Part shown: positions 11,355 through 23,630 of the stretch, in pieces
Layout of the letters: the number at the start of each line of letters is the position of its first letter
Position numbering within the stretch: the stretch's first letter is position 1
From: an uncultured Gammaproteobacteria bacterium
GTDB taxonomy: Bacteria > Pseudomonadota > Gammaproteobacteria > Steroidobacterales > Rariloculaceae
Direction of reading: 5' to 3'
Assembly: GCA_963786385.1 (NCBI GenBank)
Contig: CAWAYS010000005.1
Span: forward strand, 467,331 to 531,330
Length of the DNA stretch: 64,000 nucleotides
Translations under genes and position numbers: made by a program
Notes under the pieces: model-generated
The model's input: only the letters and a program-made list of their open reading frames with translations
The model's database searches: none
What the model was told of the DNA's origin: nothing

Positions 11355-13850
11355 GGTTCTCAGTCTCCTCGCTATCGGCGTCCGCGCGTCGTTGCCGTCG
11401 AGCGTTCGCCGGAGCGTGGCTCGATCGCCGGCACGGCGCGCATTCGGAACGGCCGCTCTGCGCACGACCGACGCACGATGCGACTCGAAACGGTAGTCGT
11501 GCCGTTGGCGCGTCCGCGCACGATCGCGCGCACGGTGGGCATGTCGTAGTACTCGAGGCTGCGGCCCGAGCGCGAAGGTCATCAGCTTCTCCGTCAACGG
11601 CTGCACGAACTGCTTCGGGCTTTGCAGTGAGCGCGCGCGCGCAGGTCGTCGGGGCCGTTGACGGGCTCGCCGTTGGCCAGCGTGCCCGTCGGATCGATCG
11701 GCAGCCGTTGTCGCGCTCGTTCGTGCGCCATTCGCCGATGGCGTCGAAGTTTTCGAGCGCCTGGCCGAGCGGATCGATCACGCCGTGGCAGTGGTTGCAC
11801 GACGGATTCGCGTCGGTGCAGCGCAAGCCGCTCGCGCACGGAGCGCGGCATGTCGACTCGCCACGGGTGCGAGATTCGTTTTCACGCTCGGCGGCGGCGG
11901 CGTCGGCGGCGTGCCGAGGATCTGCTCCATGATCCAGGCGCCGCGCAGCACGGGCGACGTGCGGTCAGGATACGACGTGACCATGAGCACGCTGCCTTTG
12001 CCGAACAGGCCCCAGCGGTTCGAGTCCGGTAGCTCGACGCGGCGGAACTGATCGCCGCGCACGCTCGCGATGCCGTAGTGGCGGGCGAGCCGCTCGTTGA
12101 CGAACGTGTGCTTGGCCGTCGAGCAGGTCGACACGCTGCGATCGGCGCGCAGGATGCTGTCGAGGAAGCAGCTCCATCTCGTCGCGGAACGCGCGCGCAG
12201 GTCTTCGTCGAAGTTCGGGTAGAGGCGCGGGTCCGGGTCGATCGCGTCGAGGCGTGCGCACGTCGAGCCACTGGAACGCGAAATTGGTGACGAGCGAGTG
12301 CGAGCGCGGATCGGCGAGCAGGCGGTCGACTTGCTGCTCGAGCACGTGCCGGTTCGTGCGAGCGCTTCTCGGCTCGGCGAGCTCAGCAGCGTCATCGTCG
12401 GGCCCTTCGCTCCAGAGGAAGAAGGACGAGCCGCCACGCGAGCTCGAGATCGCTGATCGGCATACGGTGCGCCGGGCGGCGAGATCTTGAGGCGGCTGCG
12501 CGGGCTCGGCGCGATAACAGGAACTTGGTGCTCGCGAGGATGGCCATGAGGCCCTTCTGGATGCCCGTCTCGAAGCCGCCTTCGCTGCGCCCGTCGGCAT
12601 AGAACCCGAGCAGCGGCTCGAGATCGTCGCGGTCGACCGGCCGCCGAAACGCGCGGCCGCGCGAGGTTCGACAGGATTTGCGTCGCGCACGGGAGCTCGT
12701 CGTCGGCCGAGCTCGGGCCGGCAGATGAAGATGTGCTCGCGGCTCTCCGTCGTGCCGCTGATGCCGGTCGGCATCGTAAGGGCCGATCACTTCCATGCCG
12801 TAAAGGCGCGGAATGTCGGGCACGCCTTCCCCGGGCACGAGCGACTCGAGCAGCGTAGTCGCACTCGGCGAAGCTGCGCGCCACGAACGTCGCGCCGACC
12901 TTGTGCCGGCCGGCCTTGACGGGCACGCGAATGTGCCGGAAGCGATCCTTGATGGCTTCGACGGCTTGAATCTGGCGCTGGTCGAGGGCCTTCGAGTCCT
13001 CGTCGCCGCCGATGTGATCCTCGAACACTCGCTCTCCGTCGATCGTGACGACGAGCTCGTGACGATATTCGAGCCAGCCATACGGATAGCCGCGTAGCTC
13101 GGACGCCCGGCATGGAGGAGACGTCAAGGTTGAACTCGTAGACTCGCCGTCGGCCGGGAAGTCGTGCTCGACGAGCATCCCGCCGCGCGTGCCGAGCGGC
13201 AGGCCGTCGACGTGCTCGGTGCGATTGCCGCGCTCCGAGCGGTAGTCCGCGCGCGCGGGTTCCGCGGCCGGGTTGCCGACGGCTTGAAGGCTGATGTCGC
13301 GGGCCGCCGCAATGTACTGATCGATATGCGTCGGTGTGACGCGCAGGACCTCGGCGACGTTGTCGAAGCCATCACTCGAGGTGTCGGCCGGCAGCATCGC
13401 GCGCGCGTCGATCTGCACGCCGAGCAAGTCGTCGACGGCCGTCGCGTACTCCGTGCGGTTGATGCGGTGCAACGGCACATTGCCGGGCTCCGGGCCCCGC
13501 TCGCGCGCGGCGGCGTCGAGATCGCGCTCGAGCGCCGCGACGAATTCCCACTTCGTGGCCGTATCGGGCCGCGGTTCCGACGGCGGCGGCATGAGATCGC
13601 CACGCAATTTGCGAACGACCTTTTCGAAAGTTGCCGGCTTCGCGGCCACGTCCTCGGGCTTCAGTCCCTGGAACGAGAGGTTGCCCGCGAATTCGGCGTC
13701 GTTGTGGCAGTCCTTGCAGTAGTGAAGGACGTCCCAGTGCCGGGCGACGACTTCGACGGGCGGCGGCTCGCCGCAACCGCCGGCCGCGGCGGCCGCCAGC
13801 ACGAGAGCCGATCGCAGGGCGATCGCGCGGGCGCTGCTACAACGAGCCAT
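11355..13850 (-). pseudogene. DUF1592/DUF1587/DUF1595/DUF1588/DUF1585 (PSD1-type cytochrome-domain) protein, frameshifted; the 3' end is uncertain
   Basis: The N-terminus has a CxxCH-like CKDCHND and DUF1587/1592 motifs (ORF 11778..13850). The DUF1595 and DUF1588 regions lie in ORFs 12392..13081 and 11965..12774. The DUF1585 [23 protein letters not shown] is in ORF 11275..11826 and the tail [11 protein letters not shown] in yet another frame. Confidence 0.55.
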
Positions 13851-14806
13851 TGAGTCTCCCTTGCCACCAAAGACCGTTGTAGATGTTCTCGATGAAGCGG
13901 GCTTTGTTGTTGCCCCAGGCCGCGTCGAACTCGTCCGTCACGCCTGCCGCGACCATCTCGGCGGCGCTGTGACCCTTGCGCATGAGGTTCTCCACGCGTT
14001 GGCGAACCGTCGTCAGCATGTCGAGCTGCTGCTCGAGGTAGCTGCGCCGTTGAGCCGTGCCCGTGCCCGGCACGATCAGCGTATTTGCATCCGCGAGCTC
14101 GAGCAGCTTCTTGGTCGAGTCGACGAGCCCGCCGATCCATCCGCCCGTCGCGTAGTCGAGTACCGGATATGCGCCGACCGCCATTGCGCCGCCGACGGCC
14201 AGCACGTTGCGCTCGCGCAAGTACGACGTAGATGTCCCCGTCCGTATGTGCCTCGCGCAAATAGCCGTACTCGATGCGCTCGTCGCCAATCTCGACTGCG
14301 ATCGGTTGCGGGTCGGACGAGTAAAAGGTCGTCGTCGGCAGCGCCGTGGCGGGACGGGGCGAGTAAGTGCGATCCTGCCAATCGACGTAGTACTCCGTGC
14401 TCATCCACAACCGCGTATTTTCGTGCGCGATGATCTTCGCGCGATTCTGACCCAGAACTTCGTTCGCGCCGGTGTGCGTGAGGTGCCAGTGCGTATTGAA
14501 CAGCAGCGCGACGGGCACCGTGCCGAGCATCGAGCGCACGAAGTTCACGAGCGTTGCCGCGTGCTCGGGCGCGCCGCTGTCGACCATGGCGGCGCCGCCG
14601 CCAAAGGGCAGCAGCAAGACGTTGCTGCCGGCGCCGACGATTTGCTGTACGCCGCCTCGCAACGGCACCGCGGAGATCGCGTCGCCGGCTGGAGGCTGCG
14701 CTGCGGCCGTGCCGGAGAGCGCGTCGAGGCCGAGCCCCACAACCGTTGCGGCGGCCGTGCCGAGCGTCGCCTCGAGAAACTCTCGACGTGCTCTATTCAA
14801 TCGCAT
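13837..14806 (-). CDS. Tat-secreted MBL-fold hydrolase with one frame change near 14230
   Basis: The N-terminal part (MRLNRARREFLEATLGTAAATVVG…NTHWHLTHTG) is in ORF 13661..14917 and the C-terminal part in ORF 13837..14289. Its stop lies 10 nt upstream of the DUF1592 start, so it appears to be the first gene of that operon. Confidence 0.55.
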
Positions 14807-14955
14807 GAAAATTCGTGCCTGCCGTGCAGGCAACGCCCCTTTCGGACCCCCGGCTGAATGCTGACTTTCGGTCAGCATTGTCGCCAATTCAACCCCCGGA
14901 GTGCTCGTTTCGTGCACCGAACCGGACGGTCTTGGCGCAGCGGGCCGGCGTCAAC

Positions 14956-16303
14956 TCACTGGGCGGAGGACGCTGTCGGGTGGGCTTCGGCCGTCTGCGT
15001 TGCGCTCTCGTGCATTTGCGCCGCGTGAGCGGGGCGCACGAGCAGGACGCACACGAAGCCGATCAACCCCGTCACCGCGATCAGCGCGGGGATCGGCCAG
15101 TAGGCACCGCCGGCGGCGCCCACGAAAGAAGCCGCGATTAGCGGCACGAACCCGGCGATGGCGCCGCCGAGCTGGTAGCCGAGGGAGGTGCCGCTGTAGC
15201 GGACGTTTGCGGGGAACATCTCCGAGTACAACGCGGCCGTCGGCGAGTACACCGCGTTGTGGCCGATGCAGATGGAAATGACCACCGCGAGCCACGCCAG
15301 CGCCGGGATCTGGGACGTGATCATGAAGTTGAGCGGGACCGCGAACGCGATGATGAATAGCGTGCCGAAGATGATTACGGGGCGCCGGCCCACCTTGTCC
15401 GAAAGCGCGCCCAGGGCCGGGATAGTAAACATCTGCAACGCACTCGCGGCCGTTACGCCGATCAGGTAGGTGTTCTCCGCTAGGCCGTATTGGCTCGTGG
15501 TGTAGGCGAGCGTGTAAACCGTCATGGCGTAGAACAGCACGCCATGAGCCAAGAACATTCCTGCGGCCAGCGCCACGTTGACGGCGTCGGAGCGCAGCAG
15601 CTCGAACCACCGGCACCTGCACCACTCGGTGGGTCTCCTTGATCTTGGCAAAGACCGGCGACTCCATGATCCGCAACCGGATGAACAGGCCCACGAACAC
15701 CAACACGACGCTGAACAGGAACGGCACCCGCCAGCCCCAGGACAGGAACTCTCCCTCGGGGAGTTGCTGTACCAGCAAAAACATGCCGGTGGACATCAAC
15801 CCGCCGACCGCACTGCCCATTTGCGCGAAGCTGCCGAAGAAGCCGCGCCGCCCGTGGCCCGAGTGTTCCGTGGCCATCAGCACCGCGCCGCCCCACTCGC
15901 CGCCGACCGCGAGGCCCTGCAGGAAGCGGAGCACGACGACCAGTATCGGCGCCCACACCCCGATGACCGCGTAGGTGGGCATCAAGCCTATTGCGAATGT
16001 GGCCAGACCCATCATTGTCAATGTGACGACCAGCGTCGTCTTGCGTCCGATGCGGTCGCCGAAGTGGCCGAACACCAGGCCGCCGACCGGCCGCGCCACG
16101 AATCCGACCGCGAACGAGGCGAACGCGGCGAGCGTGCCTGCCAACTCCGAGAACGTGGGGAAGAACAGCCGGCCGAATACCAGTGCCGACGCCGTCCCGA
16201 AAATGAAGAAGTCGTACCACTCGATGGAGGTCCCGATCATGCTGGCGAGTGCGACGCGCCGCACGGACTCTCGCGGGGCCGAATCGGTTCGTGTTGTTTG
16301 CAT
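14956..16303 (-). CDS. MFS transporter (metabolite:H+ symporter family) with one frame change near 15640
   Basis: The N-terminal six TM helices with the GRKTTLVVTL motif are in ORF 14951..16303. The C-terminal six TM helices (…SDKVGRRPVIIFG…) are in ORF 14956..15651. Confidence 0.6.
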
Positions 16304-16467
16304 TATTGAATCGTCGTCAGTCTATGGGTCGGCTGCTGCTGCGCCGCGACAGTGCGAACACTGGGCATGTCGTTGTTACGAACCATCACGGTAGGCATCG
16401 ATGTTGTCAAGAAACTATTCCCTGCGGGTTTGGAATGAGCGTGTCGCGTGCTGCGCGGCAGTCACGA

Positions 16468-17949
16468 TTAGGCGCGCGTGCGGCGCTTGGCGGCTTTCGT
16501 CTTGGGCTTCGCGGCGGGGTTGGCGCCGCGTGGGGACTTTCTCGGCTTTGCTGCGGGTTTGCGCTTCGGTGTTGCGGCAACGGCGCGGCTCAAGCGGCGG
16601 GCCTCCGCGCAACCCTCGAGTCCGTCGATCAGCACTTCGAGGCGGGCGGCGGCCGCGGCACCGAGCGCGGCCGTGCTCGCCGAGGCGAAGCGAGCGCGCA
16701 CGCCTCGTGCGTCCGTTGGCACGACGTCTGCGACGCGTTCGCGCAACGTGTCGCCCGCGCGCTTGCGTACGATGACTTCGGCTCCTTGATGGGCCGGAAA
16801 CGCTCGCGTGAGATCGTCGTCGACCTCGACGAACGTTCGTGCCGCGAGCTCGAGCACTTGCGGATTCGATTGCGGCACGTAGTTACTCTCATCGAAGTGG
16901 CCATGCACGAGCGCTGCGGCCACGTTGTAATGAATACTCATCTTCGCCTGCAGAATGTGCTCGAAAGGTCCGCATACGTCGCAGCCGGGATACAACGCTG
17001 CGGCCCGAGTCACGCGCACGGTGACGCGCTCGATGTCGTCGGCTCGCGCGTGCTCGCGCTGCACGATGCCGAGCGCTGCTTGCGCCGCCGACTGCGCGAA
17101 GTTGCACGCCGGCACGGGCTTGAAGAACACCGCGAGGATCTCGGGGTCGTCCGCGAACAGTTCCGGCACGGGCGGCTGCAAGCCCTTGCGGAATGCCGCG
17201 AGGAGTCCTGCTTCGCCGTCGATGGCGGTCGTCGAGGCATACGCGCCGTCGGCTGCGAGCAGCACGGCCGAGACCGCGCTGCGCGCGGCGAATCCCGTGT
17301 GAAAGAACATCTCACTGCCGCCCGTGGCGGCCCACTCGTTGTAGCCCGCGGCGGTGTTGGCGGCAAGCGCAAGCGCGGTCGTCGTTTGCTCGGCATCGAG
17401 CCCGAGTAGCTTGGCACCGGCCGCCGCCGCCGCGATGGGGCCGGTGATGCCCGTCGGACGAAAGATCCTGGAAACATCGACGTCGAGAATCATCCGGCCG
17501 ATCTTGCCGCCGACCTCGTAGCCCGCGATCGCGGCGGCAACGAGGTCCCGGCCCGACGCACGTGACTGAGAAGCGAGCGCAAGCAACGCCGGCACGATCA
17601 CTGTGCCGAGGTGGCTCACGCTGCCGACGTGCATGTCGTCACGTACGAGACCGTGGCCCAGCACACCGTTGGCGAATGCCGCATCGAGCACCGAGACCGT
17701 ATCGCCGGTGCCGATGATGGCGCTGCCGCGCTTGGCCCCGGTGGAGTTGCGCCGCGCCAGCGTGACGGCTTGTCGCCCCCAAGGCAGCTTGGGCGAAGAA
17801 AAGGCCGACGACAGCACGTCGAGAAAGCACAGCTTGGCTTTCGTGACCGTCTCGGGAGAACAATCGGCAAAGCCGAAGCCGGCGATCGCTCGACCCATGC
17901 GCGCTGCGATGGGCGCTCGAGCCTCGAGCCGTTGGACAGTGGCGGGCAT
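16468..17949 (-). CDS. MmgE/PrpD-family protein with a Lys/Ala/Pro-rich C-terminal tail
   Basis: Residues from MPATVQRLEARAPIAARMGRAIAGFGFAD… onward match the PrpD fold. The last ~40 aa (ATPKRKPAAKPRKSPRGANPAAKPKTKAAKRRTRA) are histone-H1-like. Confidence 0.7.
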   Translation of the reverse strand: MPATVQRLEARAPIAARMGRAIAGFGFADCSPETVTKAKLCFLDVLSSAFSSPKLPWGRQAVTLARRNSTGAKRGSAIIGTGDTVSVLDAAFANGVLGHGLVRDDMHVGSVSHLGTVIVPALLALASQSRASGRDLVAAAIAGYEVGGKIGRMILDVDVSRIFRPTGITGPIAAAAAGAKLLGLDAEQTTTALALAANTAAGYNEWAATGGSEMFFHTGFAARSAVSAVLLAADGAYASTTAIDGEAGLLAAFRKGLQPPVPELFADDPEILAVFFKPVPACNFAQSAAQAALGIVQREHARADDIERVTVRVTRAAALYPGCDVCGPFEHILQAKMSIHYNVAAALVHGHFDESNYVPQSNPQVLELAARTFVEVDDDLTRAFPAHQGAEVIVRKRAGDTLRERVADVVPTDARGVRARFASASTAALGAAAAARLEVLIDGLEGCAEARRLSRAVAATPKRKPAAKPRKSPRGANPAAKPKTKAAKRRTRA

Positions 17950-17969
17950 CGGACGTCTGCGCGCCGGGC

Positions 17970-18864
17970 TCAGCCGCGCATCTCGACGCCTGCCCATTCC
18001 TCGTAAACGCGTGCGATCGAGGTGAAGTCGGACTCCGCTCCGAAGCGCGCTTTGGTCACGCCGAGCATCTGAAACACGGCCGCGCCCACGATCATCGGCA
18101 CGCCCTGGGCATCCGCCTCCTGCAGGCACAGGCGCACATCTTTGTAAGAGAGGCCCGTGGCGAAGCCGAAGTCGAAGGTGCCCGGCAGCACCGAGCGCGG
18201 GAACTTGTCTTGCGTCGCGCTGTTGCGGCCGCTGCCCGAGTTGATGATCTCGCACATTTGGCGAGCGTCGAGACCCGCTTTGACGCCCATGGAGATCGCC
18301 TCCGACGACAGCACGATCACGGCCGCCGCGAGCAAGTTGTTCGCGAGCTTCATGATTTGTGCGAGCCCGGCGCCTTCGCCGACGTAGAACACCTTGCCGA
18401 AGTTCTCGAGCGCGGTCTCGAGCGAATCGAATACGTCGCGTTTGCCCGAGATCATGACCGCGAGCGTGCCGTCGCGTGCGCCCGCCATGCCGCCGCTGAC
18501 GGGCGTGTCCATGTAGACGATGTTGTGGTGCGCGAGCTCCGCTTGGACGACTCGCGCGACTTGGGGGCCCGTCGTCGAGCAATCCGCGATATGTTTCAAA
18601 CGCTTGGCGCCTATGAGCTCGCGGCACACTCGCTCGACGATGTCGGGTGTCGGCAGGCTCAGGAAGGCGGTTTCCGTCGCGTTCGCAACCTCGATCGGGG
18701 AGCCTGCGGCCTGCGCGCCGGCCTCGACCAGCTCCTTAACGGCTGCCGCCGAAGTGTCGTAGACCGTGAGGCTGTGCCCGGCCTTGAGCAACCGTCGCGC
18801 CATGTGCGCGCCCATTCGGCCTACGCCTATGAATCCAAAGTCCGTGGTCTTCACTTGAGTTTCT
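17970..18864 (-). CDS. NAD(P)-dependent oxidoreductase of the 3-hydroxyisobutyrate/6-phosphogluconate dehydrogenase family
   Basis: GFIGVGRMGAHMARRL Rossmann motif. A GTG start is assumed, with a GGAGAAA RBS. Confidence 0.7.
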
Positions 18865-18901
18865 CCATCAACATCGTCCGCGGCGCCACGCCGTGCGGAC
18901 T

Positions 18902-19306
18902 CTAAGAACGAAAGTTGAGCTCGATCGCGACACCGTTCGGATCGTATATGAACAGTTGCTTGAGGCCGATGTCGTCGAGCGAATTTTGGCTCCATTCGAC
19001 GCCGCGCGCCTCGAGCCGCGCGCGGATCTCGTCGTAGCCGCTCGCATTGAACGCGATGTGATCGACGGGGCCCGTGCCGGGTTGCTTGGTCGAGACCGGA
19101 ATACCGACCTCTTTGGTCCAGACCGCATAGGTCTGCCACTCCGCAATGTGGATGCAGGGCGTGTCGCCGACGTAGAGCCAATAGCCCGGAAAGTCCAGAT
19201 TGGGCCGAAACCCCACATTCATGCCGAGCACGTCGCAGTAGAAGTTCTTCGTGCTCTCGATGTCCTCGCTCAGGACGAGGTAGTGCTCCATTCGTAGCAG
19301 CGGCAT
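18902..19306 (-). CDS. VOC-family (glyoxalase/bleomycin-resistance/dioxygenase) protein
   Basis: Two beta-alpha-beta-beta-beta modules: HYLVLSEDIESTKNFYCDVLGM… and VDHIAFNASGYDE…. Confidence 0.7.
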   Translation of the reverse strand: MPLLRMEHYLVLSEDIESTKNFYCDVLGMNVGFRPNLDFPGYWLYVGDTPCIHIAEWQTYAVWTKEVGIPVSTKQPGTGPVDHIAFNASGYDEIRARLEARGVEWSQNSLDDIGLKQLFIYDPNGVAIELNFRS

Positions 19307-19352
19307 CTGCGCCCCCAAGAACGCGTGACGTGTCGGTCGGTTGGCTGCGAGT

Positions 19353-20411
19353 CTACAGTATCCGCCGCGATCGCGCGGCCGGAGCGATGAGATCCGCGTA
19401 GTGCGCTTCGGCGACGTCCCGATGCGAGCGCAGCCGGATCTTGAGGTAGTTCTCGCCGAAGCGCGCGTGCACGGGATCTGTCGGGTCGGTGTTTTGTCCG
19501 CCGTGTGCCGCGGCTGCGAGCTCGGGCGGTAGCACGATGGGCTCGAACGTGGCTTCGAGCTTGGGATGAAAAAAATAAGCGACCGAAATCCGTTCCCGGC
19601 CGGCCGGCGGGCTCACGACGCGATGCTTCGTTGCGCGAAGGTATCCCGCGGTCGCCGCTTGCAACATCTCCCCGAGGTTCATGACGTAGGTCCCGGGGTG
19701 CGGCGTCGCCTGCACGAGGCCGTGCTCCGTTTGCACCTCGAGCCCGCCGACGTCGTCTTGGAGCACGAACGAGACGAGGCCCGAATCATGATGCAAGCCG
19801 ACGCCTTGGTCGCTTGTCGTGGTCACCGGTTGGGCGGGGTAGCGCATGATCTTCAAGTGTGGATCGCTGCGCGGCAAGACGGTGTCATCGAAATGCTCGC
19901 GCGGTTGTCCGAGCCCAAGCGCGAGCGCGCGCAAGACCGCGAGACCTACCGAGTCCATAGCGTGCATCCATCGAAGCACGATGTCCTGCATCGTGGGCAT
20001 ACGGGCCGGCCACTGATTCGGGCCGCGTAACCTGAGCCACGGCGGATCCTCGGGCGCGACAGTTGCTTCCGGCTCCTCGGGCCCGACGTCGAGCTGATCA
20101 CGCCAGTCGCTGACGCCTTTCGTCCGCTCGCCGCCTAGCACGGTATAGCCGCGAAAATGCGGGGAGTTGACAATCGCGAGCGCTCGCCTCTCGTCCTCCG
20201 GTAGTGAGAAGAAATCGCGCGCGGCTCGCATGATTGCGGCGTCGAATTCGGGCGCGACGCCATGACCCGTCAAGTAACAGAAGCCCGGTCCGCGGCACGT
20301 CTCGCGCAGTGCGCGCACGAATTCGGTCGCCTCGCGGCTGTTGGGCGCGGTGCGAAACGCGGACATATCGAGGAGCGGCAACTCGAGCATCGTGTCGATT
20401 GTGACAGTCAT
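19353..20411 (-). CDS. 2OG-Fe(II) oxygenase (isopenicillin-N-synthase-like)
   Basis: The N-terminal DIOX_N region (ELPLLDMSAF) and an HxD…H facial triad region (HHDSGLVSFVLQDDVGGLEV…KHRVV) are present. Confidence 0.75.
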   Translation of the reverse strand: MTVTIDTMLELPLLDMSAFRTAPNSREATEFVRALRETCRGPGFCYLTGHGVAPEFDAAIMRAARDFFSLPEDERRALAIVNSPHFRGYTVLGGERTKGVSDWRDQLDVGPEEPEATVAPEDPPWLRLRGPNQWPARMPTMQDIVLRWMHAMDSVGLAVLRALALGLGQPREHFDDTVLPRSDPHLKIMRYPAQPVTTTSDQGVGLHHDSGLVSFVLQDDVGGLEVQTEHGLVQATPHPGTYVMNLGEMLQAATAGYLRATKHRVVSPPAGRERISVAYFFHPKLEATFEPIVLPPELAAAAHGGQNTDPTDPVHARFGENYLKIRLRSHRDVAEAHYADLIAPAARSRRIL

Positions 20412-20521
20412 GCTCCGAGGACCCAAGCCTCCCGATCGGGCCGAGTGTGAACCGCGTCGGGGGCAAGTCCGTGGGGGCGTTCTTATACTCCGCTCGATGA
20501 TCGCTCCGAGGGGGCTGGATT

Positions 20522-21148
20522 ATGTTTCCTATCCGCATCTTGGCTGTGTTGACGGTGGCATGCACACTGGCTGGCTGCGCCGGCATGAGCGAGCAGGCTT
20601 GTCTGAGCTCCGATTGGAAGACGGTCGGCTTTCAGGACGGCACGCTGGGTCGGCCCGTCGGCACGATCGGCAGTTACAGCAAAGCGTGCGCCGAGCACGG
20701 CGTGACGCCGAGCCTCGACGCCTATCGCGCGGGTCACGCGGAAGGGGTGGCGGTCTACTGTCGCGCCGGCAACGGTTTCGACGTCGGGCACAGCGGTGCC
20801 GCGTATCAAGGCGTCTGTCCGTCGAGCATGGAGCAAGCGTTCGTCGACGAGTACAACGCCGGGCGGCAGCTATACGAGCTGGAATCCGCAGTGCGCAGCA
20901 TCGATAACCGGGTCGCGAGCAACCTGGGCGCCCAGGAGCGCATCAAGAAGGAGCTGACGGTCATTGCCGCGCAAATGATCAGTCCCGACACCTCAGCCGA
21001 GCAGCGGATCGTGCTCGTCTCGCGCACGGCGGAGCTCGGCAAACGCTACGGTGAGCTCAGCGCCGAAAACGATGCACTGAAGCAAGAGCGAGTCGATCAT
21101 GCCGCGCAGCTCGCCGATTACCAACAGTCGCTAGCTGCCCGCTTGTAG
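20522..21148 (+). CDS. Lipoprotein with a coiled-coil C-terminus (DUF2799-like)
   Basis: A lipobox (LAGCAG) follows the signal peptide. The C-terminal half is heptad-rich. Confidence 0.6.
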   Translation: MFPIRILAVLTVACTLAGCAGMSEQACLSSDWKTVGFQDGTLGRPVGTIGSYSKACAEHGVTPSLDAYRAGHAEGVAVYCRAGNGFDVGHSGAAYQGVCPSSMEQAFVDEYNAGRQLYELESAVRSIDNRVASNLGAQERIKKELTVIAAQMISPDTSAEQRIVLVSRTAELGKRYGELSAENDALKQERVDHAAQLADYQQSLAARL

Positions 21149-21246
21149 GGACGGCACGCCCGTTCGAGGTGCTGCAGCCTTTTGGCCTTCTGAAGTCGCC
21201 GCGCATCTGCCGTGACGAACACGCATCGATCTCGCGCGTGACCCTC

Positions 21247-22300
21247 CTAACTTTTGACGCACAGCAGCGGATCGAGGGTCCGATCGCGCCACGACTTCAC
21301 GATCTCGTTCACGGCCTCGCGTTCGATCAGGAACGAGTCGTGGCCGTGAGCGGCTTCGAGGATCGCTAGCTCGGCGTTCGGGAGACTCGATGCGAGCTCA
21401 CGCTGCTCGTCGAGCGGATAGAGCAGATCGGAATCGATCCCGATAACCAGCGTCGGCGCCATAACGCCGGCGAGAACGTCATGGTATTCGCCGCGACCGC
21501 GCGCGACGTCATGCGTATCCATAGCGTGCATCAGCGCGAGGTAACAATTCGCATCGAACCGCTCGACGAGCTTGTCGCCTTGATGTTTCAAGTACGAGAT
21601 CATGTCGAACGGTGCGCCGCTCTCGCTCGGCCGTCGGCCGAAGCGCTCCTGGAACGACCCGAAAGACCGATACGTGATCATCGCGATCATGCGCGCGAGA
21701 CCGAGCCCGAGCCGCGGCCCTTCGTGGGGCGCGTAGTGGCCGCCCTTCCAGCGCGGATCGCTTTCGATCGCGTGCCGCTGGGCCCAGCTCCACGCGATGC
21801 ACCAAGCTGAATGTCGTCCGCCGACGGCGATCGGAACGAGCCCGCGCACGAAGCCGCCCTGAAACGCCCACTCGAGCACTTGCATGCCCCCCATCGAGCC
21901 GCCGATCGCGAAACGCACGCGCTTGACGCCGAGCGCTTCGAGCAGCCTTCGATGCAATGCGACGGTGTCGCGAATCGTCGTCGGAGGGAAGTCGGGGCCA
22001 TACGGGCTCGCCCGTGTCCGGGTCGACCGTGACGGGCGCCACGGTGCCGTAAGGCGAGCCGATCACGTTTGCGCAGACGATGAAGTCGCGCTCCGGATCG
22101 AGCGCGCGTCCAGGCCCAAAGAGCTCGCTCCACCACTCACGCGCGTTGCTGTCGCCCGTCAGGGCATGGCAGACCACGACTGCGTTGTCGCCGGCCTCGT
22201 TCAACTTGCCCCACGTATGGAAGGCTGCCGGCACGTCGCGCAGCGTAACGCCGGATTCGAGCGCGTGCGACGTCGAACCTCATGACCTCTAAGCTCATGC
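21247..22300 (-). CDS. metX: Homoserine O-acetyltransferase, with a frame change near 21950–22000 and a disrupted N-terminus
   Basis: ORF 21509..22234 carries FHTWGKLNEAGDNAVVVCHALTGD…PVW. ORF 21247..21957 carries the catalytic Ser (GGSMGGMQVLEWA), Asp and His regions. The first ~25 codons lie in yet another frame. Confidence 0.6.
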
Positions 22301-22346
22301 CCGCTCTCTTGAGCGCCCGACCCAGACCGCCATCGCGACGACCGCG

Positions 22347-23630
<1,284 letters not shown>

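Noticed and set aside
16249-17409. Long antisense ORFs, for example 16249..17409(+), 33380..35971(+), 45502..46830(-), 48830..50053(+) and 59071..60147(+)
   Set aside because: They are Arg/Ala/Gly-rich, low-complexity translations opposite strongly supported genes, which is typical for 68% GC DNA. They have no domain signatures.
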